DNA of 64,000 nt, from assembly GCF_006345805.1 (NCBI RefSeq), contig NC_043015.1, positions 31,434,001 through 31,498,000 of the forward strand, in the 5' to 3' direction. The translations under genes and the position numbers were made by a program. This DNA comes from Octopus sinensis (taxonomy: Eukaryota). Shown here piece by piece: positions 35,681-48,148 of this stretch (within the stretch, counting starts at the first letter, position 1; each line of letters opens with the position of its first letter). The notes below the pieces were generated by a model, which had not been told where the DNA came from, did not search any database, and was given only the letters and a program-made list of their open reading frames with translations.

Positions 35681-38600
35681 CATACACACACACATATATA
35701 TATATATATGTATGTATATAAGACTTAGATGGATTGTTTTTGACATGAGTCACCTATATAGCACTACAGTTAAATAAAATATATATATATTCTGTGCTAT
35801 TAGGTGCTGAGTTAAATATATTCCTACTATTTGTACTGCCTTGCCTCTCTTTCTCTCTCTGTATTAACAACACACATATTTGTACATATTTTAGAAATAG
35901 CTAGTCTTTTAATTATTTTTTTTTCCATATTCTCCTGCCCACTTACATCCAACGTGTCATGTATGAGAATGTATTTTTCATAGTTTGAAGATCTGACATA
36001 TTTCAGCAAGCAAGGAAGCCACTTGTGCATATAATTACCGACGGCTATACACACTTGTATGTATTTGTACACCTATATTTATTACCTGAAATACCTGTGA
36101 CTTAACTAAAGGTATAATGAATCAACAGCTGCAAACCTTTGAAGTTGTGCACTGAAGCTGAAATATACCAGCGACTTTTCTCAATAACAGACTGAAAACA
36201 CCTGGAGTGTCACATCAAAGACTTACCTTTTATCTTTTACTTGTTTCAGTCATTAGACTGCAGCTGTACTGGGGCACTACGTTGAAGAATTGAACCCAGT
36301 ACTTATTCTTAAGCCAAGTACCCCAGTACTTAATTTTAAGCCAAGTACCTATCCTATCAGTCTCTTTTGCTGAACCACCAAGTTACAGGGAAGTAAACAC
36401 TTGAAAACTGGTTGTCAAGTTATTTGCAAGATTTGTAGTTTTTTAATTTAAGATTATATTCTTTTATTCTTTAACTTATTTCAGTCTTTTGACTGCGCCC
36501 ATGCTGGAGCACTGCCTTAACCCTTTAGCATTTAAACTGGCCATATCCGGCCAAAAGTATTCTGCCTGTTTTATGTTCTAACTGACCAGATCTGGTCTCT
36601 CACACCAACCCTACAATATCGTTTTAAAAATTAACAGCTACCTCATCAAAATCTCATAGCTACAAGAGAATGCATGATTAGCTTAAAACAATGTGGATAA
36701 AAAAGGATTAATTTTGGCAGAATAATGTGAACACTAAAGGGTTAAAGGTTATTTTGTTGTTGAGGAAATCAATCCCAGGGCTTATTATTTGTAGGCCGAT
36801 AGTTTTCAGTCAGTTTAATTCTTTGGCAAAAGTGTTGCTAGGCAGTACTCTCTGCATCTATTAATTTTGCCTTTAGGTTCCAATTGCTCATAAGCTACCC
36901 TTTTTATTTTGTCCTACATCTCTTTCTCACATTTCCTCCTTCATTCACTATGCCTAGCTCTCACTGCCCAATCCTGTTCTCCACACCCCTGTCCCTCTGA
37001 ATCATTGGTATCTGGTAGCCCCTCCAACCCTATATATACCCAGGTCTTTCGCCACTTATTCGCACTCTTTAATCACACTCCCTTCGCATTATCCTGTCAC
37101 CTATATTATGGCATTTGAACCTCAAGAGTATGCCCTAACACTTGCCCCTATCTATATCTCTCTCTTCCTTTACTCAACCATCTCATTTATACGCTGATCC
37201 CTGTTCCTTGTGAGTATGCCCAGCATTTTGCCACCATCTCTATCCTGCAGTCTCCCACACTCTCTCTCTCTTCTCCTGCACTTCCTTCAGTTGTGAAACT
37301 GTATTTTCTTTGCAGTAGCACACCTGTTGGCTCTCTCATGTCATGTGGCGATTAGCAGACAGGAAGCAATGCACAGATCATGGCCTCCATGCATCAAACC
37401 ATTTCCATTTATCATTCAGCTTGTATATATACGTGTGGCCAACATTAAAGGCATTTAAAGTTACAGCCTTGTTTTATGTATTTTTTATACCGTATTCTTG
37501 TCAAACAATACTACAGCCTCCCAAACTTTTGAATCTCTCAAATCTGACCTTGCTCATCCTATTGCTGACGTGAGATTAATACTCACTGCGGGCACGTCAT
37601 CATCTGCTATTGTCGCAGAAAATATTTAGATTTATGCACAACTAGCAGTATCGCCCGGCGTTGCTCAGGTTTGTAAGGGAAATAACTATATAAGCATTTT
37701 TAGAGAGTTATAGCCAAAAAATAGCAAAAAAATGCATTCAAAATGGAAAAAAGATGGTAAATTTTTTTTTAAATCGTTGACTCATCGTAGACATTTTTAG
37801 AGAGTTACTTCCCTTATATAATAGCGAAAAAATGCATTAAAATGGAAAAAAATGATGGTAAATTTTTTTTTAAATCGTAGACTCATCGTAGACATGCGCT
37901 AATACCCAGAAGGGCTCGATATGAATCACAACTATAAGATACCCGGTTTTGGTTAAACTGCACCGCAAAATGTGGGAGTAGTTAGGAAGCTAAATCGTAG
38001 GAGACAGACACACAACTTCACTTTTATATATAAAGATGTTTTGCAGAGTCATAGAAATTGTATATGTTTAAAATAATGAAATCTGAAAAAAAATATTCTG
38101 AGTAAAAAATTGTCTGTTTGGTAAGAAGCTTGTTTTCCAACCACATGGTCCAGGATTCAGTGACACCTTGGGCAATCGGCTGACCAAAGCATTAAGCCAA
38201 TAGAATAAGTACCAGACTGGGGTCGATACATTCAACTAAAAATTCTTCAAGGTGGTGCCTCGTTCATTACTGTAGTCTAATGACTGAAACAAGTGAACGA
38301 TTGTATACAAATTGCAATGACAGATTGCTAAATCCACAAATTTTTTTTTATTGTCTCTGCATATTTCCTTGTGCTCCTTTCTGCTGAAGAGCGTAGGCTC
38401 GAAATATAAAACTTTCTCACTTTCTCCAGAGCGTCAAACTAATACACCTGCTTGTTGTTTATACACTTGTCTTTGTCTTTTGTTTTTCTGTAAATTCCAC
38501 CAGGATAGATCGCTAGCCACTATACATTTTTTTATTTTCTCTCCCTGTTTATTTCTGTGTTCCTTTCTGTTGAAGAGCGTAGGTTCGAAACGTTAAAGAC

Positions 38601-40874
38601 TTTCTCACTTCCCAAGCGTTAAACTAATACATTTGTTTGTTGTTTAAACACCCGCCTTCATCTTTAGTTTTTTTGTAAATTCTCACTATATATATATATA
38701 TACACACACGCATATATACACGTGGGAATTTTGACTAGCGACTGTTGGTGCTGCTACCTACGGTTGCTTTCGGAGTAAGAGACGGAGAGAAAAAGAATTT
38801 GCTAAGAAACAGAAGTGAAGAATTTTCGCTTAAGGGGAGAGAACCGCTCAGGGTTTATAATCCTTTTTTTATTTACGTTCTTTTACTTTATTATTATTAT
38901 TATACGAGGTCATTTTTTTTTTTAATGAACGAGAGAACATGTGAAATATTCCCGTATAACTGATTTTATTTATCGAAATGAATTTTATATATTCTTTTAT
39001 CTTAATCTTTTAGTTAGGGGAGAAGACAGCGTTCGCGCCCCTTTACAAGGCGTCCACTTCTAGAGGAAAGAAGGGAGGTATCCTTAAACCGGCCCAAATA
39101 CTTACAACAGAGTGGATTTCGCAAAAAAGACACCCAAGTTAAAGAAGGTGACAGAGTACGTGTGGTACACAAGCCAGCCGCCTGGGATCTCAACCCAGAG
39201 AGTGCAAAGAATCGGAACACGTACCACAAGACGTCTAGTTTGACGTTCTTACATTTTCGCTCGTCAACCGCCCAGCATTAGTACCTATTTTGTTGACTCT
39301 GATCTGAGAGGAAAAAGGCGAAGTCACCTTGGAAAGATTTGAACCCAGAGCGCCGGTGTGTTAGAACAAAAAAAAAAAAAAAAAAAAAGCGGCGAGCTGG
39401 CAGAATCGTTAGCACGCCGGGCGAAATGCTTAGCGTTATTTCGTCTGCTGCTACGTTCTGAGTTCGAATTCCGCCGAGGTAGACTTTGCCTTTCATCCTT
39501 TTGGGGTCGATTAAATAAATACCAGTTACGCACTGGGGCCGATGTAATCGACTTAATCCGTTAGTCTGTCCTTGTTTGTCCCCTCTGTGTTTAGCCCCTT
39601 GTGGGTAGTAAAGAAATAGGTATTTCGTCTGCCGTTACGTTCTGAGTTCAAATTCCGTCGGGGTCGACTTTGCCTTTCATCCTTTCGGGGTCGATTAAAT
39701 AAGTACCTATTTCTTTATTACCCACAAGGGGCTAAACACAGAGGGGACAAACAAGGACAGACATAGGTATTAAATCGTTTACATCGACCCCAGTGCGTAA
39801 CTGGTACTTAATTTATCGACCCCGAAAGGATGAAAGGCAAAGTCGACCTCGGCGGAATTTGAACTCACAACGTAACGCAGACGAAATACCTATTTCTATT
39901 TCTTTATTACCCACAAGGGGCTAAACACAGAGGGGACAAACAAGGACAGACATAGGTATTAAGTCGATTACATCAACCCAGCGTGTAACTGGTACTTAAT
40001 TTATCGACCCCGAAAGGATGAAAGGCAAAGTCGACCTCGGCGGAATTTGAACTCACAACGTAACGCAGACGAAATACCTATTTCTATTTCTTTATTACCC
40101 ACAAGGGGCTAAACAAGGACAGACATAGGTATTAAGTCGATTACATCAACCCAGCGTGTAACTGGTACTTAATTTATCGACCCCGAAAGGATGAAAGGCA
40201 AAGTCGACCTCGGCGGAATTTGAACCCACAACGTAACGACAGACGAAATACGGCTACGCATTTCGCCCGACGTGCTAACGTTTCTGCCAGCTCGCCGCCT
40301 TTAAATAAGTACCAGTTACGCACTGAGTCGATGTAATCGACTTAATCCGTTTGTCTGTCCTCCCTGTGTTTAGCCCCTTGTGGGTAGTAAAGAAATAGGT
40401 GTGTTAGAACAAATGACACAAAGTATTCATTGTATGCTGTCTTTTCAACGACTTTTAATCTACGCGCGCGCACACACATGAATGTGTGTCTGTGTGTACT
40501 CACTCAGAAATCGAATGCAATAAACTTGTTCAGGCAATTTTGTAGGCTTTATGTAAATGTTTTGGGTTATAAAGGCTGTTACTTTGTGTAAAACTCGTCT
40601 GTATGAAAACAAATACCACACGATATTATCCAACGGTATCCTTTTTTTTTTTTTATCCTTTATCTTTAAAAACTTGTTTCAGCTGTTTGACTGGGGTCAG
40701 GCAGGGGCACCGCCTTCGAGGGTTTTAGACGAACGAATTGACTCGAGGACTTACAAAGACTGAAACAATATTGTGACTGTAATAAAGGAAATAGCAAGTT
40801 TGTGTAAACGGATCCAAAATTACACGAGATTAGGTGAGCAGTTGCTATTAAGAAACAGTTTAATACATACATAC

Positions 40875-40922
<48 letters not shown>

Positions 40923-41735
40923 GAATAAAAACAAAGTGTATCTCAAGTTCTTGGCAATGTTACCAAACTCACTCATTCGAGAATTCTGAGATGGTTATCA
41001 AAGTTCCAGGTAAGATATAGTTTGAAATTAACTTTTCTAACTAGAAAAATATAAAGTATATAAGTACCGAGACATATTTTTCAGATGAAAACTTCTTTTA
41101 AATACAAACACGACACATATTTAAAAGACACAACGACGACACATACAGCCTCATCCATCTCTTTCTCTCTCTCTCCACACACGCAAAGTACACTAACATA
41201 CACAAAACAACAGTCCATGCAACCTCACAAATGCATAGACACAGCCGTGCCAAACAGAAATAAACACGATGATGGACAATGGACACGAACAGGTGCCCCA
41301 CATGCATCTGCGTTGTACGTATGTATGTGTGTTTGTGCGTGTATATATATATATATATAATATATATATATATAGCTGAGAGATTTAGAAATGTAATATT
41401 GCTAAATTTATATATATATATTAGCAGGAATGCGACACCGATAGTGTCTCTGTGATCGCTCGATCTGCTAGAAATAACCGCCAAATTTCTCGCATATCAT
41501 AACGCTATCGTCTTATGAAACGAACGGTACATTGGACCGTGTATTTCGAAATATATTTAAGACAGAATGGTCATAGATTGTATTTTTTATCATAGATTAT
41601 TTACTCGGTCAGAGCCGCCATGAAGTTAAAACAACGAACTTACAACGCGGCGCAGAGTGAGCAGCAGAAACAATTACCCGAAACAATTGGGCCGGAGATT
41701 TTGGAATAACTGTCCTTCGAAGTCCCATACTTCAT
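33649..41735 (-). CDS. Tentative 4-exon gene of unknown function (~130 aa)
   Basis: complement(join(33649..33756,35947..36044,40504..40598,41644..41735)); donors GTAAGT, GTGAGT, GTAAGT; phases 2,1,0 chain into one open frame. No recognisable homology; two acceptors are weak. Confidence 0.35.
34247..34643 (-). mobile_element. SINE family B full-length copy
   Basis: Reverse complement of the family B sequence. Confidence 0.85.
34689..34832. repeat. Older degenerate foldback repeat
   Basis: Inner GTGACTCATCAGACTCAAA-TACTC-TTTGAGTCTGATGAATCAC; outer arms partly paired. Confidence 0.75.
34965..35144. repeat. Near-perfect palindrome (~82-bp arms) abutting a (TA)n tract
   Basis: TACATATTAGAGGGAAACCACTATGTGG...AAGAAATGTTCT and its reverse complement, about 4 mismatches. 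Confidence 0.92.
36521..36741. mobile_element. piggyBac-type MITE inserted into a SINE B tail
   Basis: Same sequence as 6325-6545 with TTAA on both sides; SINE-like sequence resumes after it. Confidence 0.82.
37642..38036 (-). mobile_element. Non-autonomous Helitron-like element
   Basis: On the minus strand A|TC...CTAG|T with an imperfect GC-rich hairpin (CCTGAGCAACGCCGGG) just before CTAG; internal ~100-bp tandem duplication. Confidence 0.7.
38345..38690 (+). ncRNA. Tandem pair of ~190-bp repeat units, each with a minimal type-I hammerhead-ribozyme-like motif
   Basis: CTTT-CTGYTGA-A-GAGC(GTAG)GYTC-GAAAY-RTH-AAAS at 38377-38412 and 38563-38598; further copies at 53761-53800(+), 56958-56998(-), 63621-63657(+). 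Core has U/C at position 6 instead of A. Confidence 0.55.
39389..40400. mobile_element. Multimeric cluster of family A SINE units: forward dimer, reverse trimer, forward partial
   Basis: Repeated ~150-185 bp units (e.g. ccacaaggggctaaacacagagggg at ~39722 and ~39911; shortened copy at ~40099). Confidence 0.85.
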
Positions 41736-42696
41736 AAGAAAAGAAATGAGTACAGATGTGAGTGTGTATGTGTGCGAGTTTGGAGCAAAAGTGTGTGTAA
41801 TTGAAATTTTGGGAACGCATTTTATTCGAAATCGTAATTTCCATTGTGTGAAATACTGGAAGATTAACAAAGGGACGGGATAAACTTTGTTTTTTCCCCC
41901 TTGCTTATGAGGTATGGGTACTATTTCAAAACCTCTGCCACAGCTGTTTATGCCGCGGATGGAATTGATGGGGGATAAAAAAAAGACACTACCGAACTCA
42001 CTCGAGAAAATAAAACTTACAAAACAGTTAATTAGTTCAAGGGTTGCTGTTGGCGTTCTGAGTTCAAATTCCCCCGAGGTCGACTTTGCCTTTCATCCTT
42101 TCGGAGTCGATTAAATAAGTACCAGCTACGCACTGGTACTTATTTAATCAACTTAATCCGTGTGTCTGTCCCCTCTGTGTTTGGCCCCTTGTGGATAGTA
42201 AAGAAATAGGTTATGGAACCCATATTTCCCAACATGTAAGCAACCTAGGGGCATACATACACAAGACTTATGTTGCCTCATAACTTCCAGGAAAAATGAT
42301 ATTTCTTATTGAAATTTTCTACAAATGCGCTTCGGATGGTGTAGATTCTGATTATGTCGGGGTATACATAAGTGGGCATTCCTTCGATATAACTCGACAA
42401 AATCAAAACATTCCACTTCGGGTATTTCCGTGGGTTGTGGAGTATAATAGATGCAACGAAATTATGCCAGTAATGTCTCATTTTAAACTGTGTGTGTGTA
42501 AAATCCGCGAATTTCCAAGCAGAAAACAGAATCGAACTGTCATTTGCTTCCACGGAAATACTCGGAAGTGAAATGTTTTGATTTTGTCGAAAGAATACCC
42601 ATAAGTGTGTCCACCGACATTTAGGGTCTTATCAAACTCAAAAATGTGCTTTTGTGTGTGCGTGTCTGTGTGTGCATATATATAAATATATACTCT

Positions 42697-43057
42697 TTTA
42701 TTTGTTTCAGTCATTTGACTGCGGCCATGCTGGAGCACCGCCTTTAGTCGAGCAACTCGACCCCGGGACTTATTCTTTTTGTAAGCTCAGTACTTATTCT
42801 ATCGGTCTCTTTTTGCCGAGCCGCTAAGTGACAGGCACGTAAACACACCAGCATCGGTTGTCAAGCAAACACAGACACACACACATACATATATACGACA
42901 GGCTTCTTTCAGTTTCCGTCAACCAAATCCACTCACAAGGCATTGGTCGGCCCGGGGCTATAGCAGAAGACATTTGCCCAAGATGCCACGCAGTGGGACT
43001 GAACCCGGAACCATGTGGTTGGTTAGCAAGCCACTTACCACACCACCACTCCTGCGC

Positions 43058-43058
<1 letters not shown>
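42697..43058 (-). mobile_element. SINE family B full-length copy
   Basis: Reverse complement of the family B sequence. Confidence 0.85.
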
Positions 43059-43152
<94 letters not shown>

Positions 43153-43260
43153 GTATATATGTTAGATATATCTATATATATATGTATATATATATATATA
43201 TATGTCTATATAGTATATATATATAGTATATATATATATATATATATGTATATCTATATG

Positions 43261-43293
<33 letters not shown>

Positions 43294-43300
43294 GTATATA

Positions 43301-43340
<40 letters not shown>

Positions 43341-43405
43341 CTATATATATATTATTATATATATATGTATGTTATATATATATATGTATATATAATATAT
43401 ATCTG

Positions 43406-43437
<32 letters not shown>

Positions 43438-43514
43438 GTAGTATATATATATGTTATATATCTATATATATATATGTATATATATATGTATATATATATA
43501 ATATATGTATGTAG

Positions 43515-44191
43515 GTCCCGGGTTGATTCGGGGTTAACCACAGTAAATAAGGTACTCAATACATAGCAGAGTAAAATTAATTTATTATATAGAAGGAGCT
43601 TCTACAGGACTAGAACTGTTTCATTCAAGAGAAATCTTCAGGAAGCTAGTTAACAAGAATTGTATTGGCATTTATACATTTAGGCAGGTTTAAAGGGGTG
43701 TTGGTGGGGGACTTTTTGGGGGTAGGCATAGCGCAAAATATCATACTTGGGGGAGTGGTCAAGGAGTCAGTGTTAAATTAGATAGAAGAATAAATAAAAA
43801 AATAAAAAAATAAAAAATAAAAAATCTATATATAAAAAAAAGGGGAATAGAGTTTTAGGTAAATAAGGAGATTCTCACTTATACCTATGCACACATGTAT
43901 ACATACATACATACACACACATACAAACATATATACATATACATACACACACATATATATACATATATATACACTTACACATACACATACATATACATAC
44001 ATATATATACACTTACACATACACATACATATACATATCTACACATACACATATATGTATACATACACACACTCACATGCATACACGTATACACACATGT
44101 ATATATACACACACGACCACACATACATTACCACAGAAAAATATATATACACATACACCATATATATATATGTGTATATATATGTGAATAT

Positions 44192-44222
<31 letters not shown>

Positions 44223-44633
44223 TACATGTATGTATTTGTATGTAGTGTGATATGTATGTGTGTGTATTTATATTTATTGTGTATATATATAGACTAGCCT
44301 TCTAGAGTGTAGACATGAATCTGTAGGTACGCGTACGTATGTGTATATACGTGAATGTATGTAGATGTATGTGGTATGAATATAACGCGTGCGTGCGTGT
44401 ATGTGTATGAGTGTACGAATGAGTGAGTGTACGTGCTAAAGAGTGTGCGTGAGTGAATGAGTGCTTGTTTTCCAGTAGACAGATAATGGACTGGCTGTCA
44501 TAGCCAAGATGTTTGTGACCAAGCGGCCAAAGATACAAAAGTAATACGAAGATAATAAAATTAAAATTAGGGAATGGGTCTGTATTTGTATGTGTATATA
44601 TATGTGTGTATGTGTAGGTATGCATAGGTACAC

Positions 44634-44683
<50 letters not shown>

Positions 44684-46032
44684 ATATGTATGTATGTGTG
44701 TGTATATGTGTGTATATGTGTGTGTATGTGTATATATGTGTATATAGGGACTAGTGTGCTGTGTGTGCATGTGTGTGTGTGGATATGTGTGTGTATGCGT
44801 GTATGCGAGTATGTGTGTGTATGTGTATATATATTTTTCTGTGCGTATATGTATGTGTGGTCGTGTGTGTATATATACATGTGTGTATACGTGTATGCAT
44901 GTGAGTGTGTGTATGTATACATATATGTGTATGTGTAGATATGTATATGTATGTGTAAGTGTAAGTGTATATATATGTATATATATGTGTGTGTATGTAT
45001 GTGTGTATGTATATGTATATACATAATATTCTTCTTCTCTGCTGGATTCAAACTCAACTACTTCCCATACTGATGTTTAATTTGATAACTTTCAAGTTTT
45101 AAAAAAATAATGTTCAAAATGGGATAAAATGAATAGTGACTGATTTTAATAATTTCTTCTCTTTAACTGCACGCTGTGTAAAATATAATCCCGAAGAGCG
45201 CAGCCAAGCAGATCGAGGAGCTATAGGAAATATTTTATGTTGAGTTTCTTCTTTATTTTGCCAAGTTTTGTTAATTTCGTATTGTGTCATTTTCCCCCCC
45301 ATCCTCTTTATTTTTGCATTTCTCATCTTTCTAGGAATGGATATTGATGTGTAATGAGTCTGTTCTCTGAAGAATTGAAGTGGCAAATTTACCTTATCAT
45401 GGCTTAGTCATTTATATCCTCAAAGAGAAGAGTGATAGTTTTCTGAAATAGTGATCAAATTATGTCACATATATATTTATATTTATCATATATATATGTC
45501 ATATATATATAAATATATGACAATATATGTCGTATATATATATATATATAATATTATATATATATATAATATATAATGTGTACACACACACACCATATAT
45601 ATATGTCATATATATATGGTAGGAGTCCCCCGGTTGATTCGGGGTTAACCACAGTAAATAAGGTACTCAATACATAGCAGAGTAAAATTAATTTATTATA
45701 TAGAAGGAGCTTTACAGACTAGAACTGTTCTTCAAGAGAAATCTTCAGGAAGCTAGTTAACAGAATTGTATTGGCATTTATACATTTAGGCAGGTTTAAA
45801 GGGGTGTTGGTGGGGGACTTTTGGGGGTAGGCATAGCGCAAAAAATCATACTTGGGGGGTGGTCAAGGAGTCAGTGTTAAATTAGATAGGAGAATAAATA
45901 AAAAATAAAAAATAAAAATAAAAATAAAAAATAAAAAATAAAATAGAAAATAATAAAATATAAAAAAATAATATAAAAAAATATTATAAAAAAAAAATAA
46001 AAATAAAAAATAAAAAATAAAACAATATAAAA

Positions 46033-46065
<33 letters not shown>

Positions 46066-47600
46066 ACGGGGGGAATAGAGTTTTAGGTAAATAGGAGATT
46101 CTCACTTATACCTCTACCATACAAACATATATATACACTCACACATACATACATATCTACACATACACATATATATGTATACATACACACACTCACTTGC
46201 ATACACGTATACACACATGTATATATACACACACGACCACACATACATATACACACAGAAAAATATATATATACACATACACACACATACTCACATACAC
46301 GCATACACACACAAATCCATACACACACATGCACACACAGCACACTAGTCCCTATATACACATATATACACACACACACATATACATACACCCACACATA
46401 CACATACATACACATATATATATACATACATACACATACATATACACATATATATACATACACATATATATATATATATACACATATATATACACATATG
46501 TGTACCCATGCATACCTACACATACACACACATATATATATTCATATACAAATCAGACCCATTCCCTATTTTAGTTTTATTATCTTCGTTATTATTTTTG
46601 TTATCTTTGGCCGCTTGGTCACAAACATCTTGGCTATGACAGCCAGACCATTTATCCGGCTACTGGAAAACAATTACTCATCACTCACGCACACTCTTTA
46701 GCACGTACACTCACTCATTCGTACACTCATACGCATACACGCACGCACGCGTTGTATATGTATATATATATGTGTGTATGTGTAGGTATGCATGGGTACA
46801 CATATGTGTATATATATGTGTAATATATTATATATGTGTATGTATATATATGTGTATATGTATGTGTATGTATGTATATATATATGTGTATGTATGTGTA
46901 TGGTGTGGGTGTATGTATATGTGTGTGTGTTGTATATATGTGTATATGGGACTAGTGTGCTGTGTGTGCATGTTGTGTTATGGATTTGTTGTGTGTATGC
47001 GTGTATGTGAGTATGTGTGTGTATGTGTATATATATATTTTTCTGTGTGTATATGTATGTGTGGTCGTGTGTGTATATATATACATGTGTGTATACGTGT
47101 ATGCAAGTGAGTGTGTGATGTTATACATATATATGTGTATGTGTAGATATGTATATGTATGTGTGAGTGTATATATATGTGTGTATGTGTAGAGGTATAA
47201 GTGAGAATCTCCTTATTTACCTAAAACTCTATTCCCCCCTTTATATATATATATATATATTTTTTTTTTTTATATTTTTTTATTTTTGTTTTTTTTTTTT
47301 TATAATATTTTTTTATATTATTTTTTTATATTTTATTATTTTCTATTTTTTATTTTTTATTTTTTATTTTTTATTTTTTATTTATTCTCCTATCTAATTT
47401 AACACTGACTCCTTGACCACTCCCCCAAGTATGATTTTTTGCGCTATGCCTACCCCCAAAAAGTCCCCCACCAACACCCCTTTAAACCTGCCTAAATGTA
47501 TAAATGCCAATACAATTCTTGTTAACTAGCTTCCTGAAGATTTCTCTTGAATGAAACAGTTCTAGTCCTGTAGAAGCTCCTTCTATATAATAAATTAATA
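43515..47600. repeat. Four alternating-orientation copies of one ~1.1-kb unit
   Basis: Block A (GGTTGATTCGGGGTTAACC...) forward at ~43515 and ~45620, reverse at ~47200-47600; block B (CATTCCCTA..TTTGGCCGCTTGGTCAC) reverse at ~44390-44580, forward at ~46555-46750. Confidence 0.85.
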
Positions 47601-48148
47601 TGTCATATATATATATAGATATAGATATATGATAATATATGTCATGTATATATATAAATATATATATGTATATTTATGTCTACACACACACACATATATA
47701 TATATATATCTATAGATAACTCCAAGAAAGTTAGGGGTTCTGAATCCAACCCACTAAGGGATAATATCTATCCAATATACTGTTGGTAGAATACCCAATT
47801 ATTAATACACAAGTGTTTTTTATTGCAACGCAATAAACTTATCAAGTGTACTAAATGGGTGAAGGTAAAGAGATATTTAACCATTAATTTATATAGCAAA
47901 TAAGAAAATGGAGGAGAACAATGGAAGGTTCATCAACTTTTAGACATTAAATTATGTTAACTTTATATTTATTTACTAAACTGATAATTACAATAACATA
48001 CATACATAGAGCATATTATTCTTTACATATAAGATATAAGATATAGTAATATATAAGGATACCAGTAATTATTATAAAAAACATGAATATAAATTGGTAA
48101 AATAACTTACAGCTGTTTCAGCCAATAGATAAATATACCTCATTCTAC

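Noticed and set aside
39389-40400. CRISPR-like repeat-spacer array (also considered for the 33.2-33.9 kb patchwork)
   Set aside because: Units are 150-185-bp SINE pieces without unique spacers, there are no cas genes, and the context is an intron-rich animal genome.
43138-47397. Many YI/VC/HT-repeat ORFs (also at 27.8-28.3 kb and 62.5-63.9 kb)
   Set aside because: Translations of (TA)n, (TG)n and (CA)n tracts.
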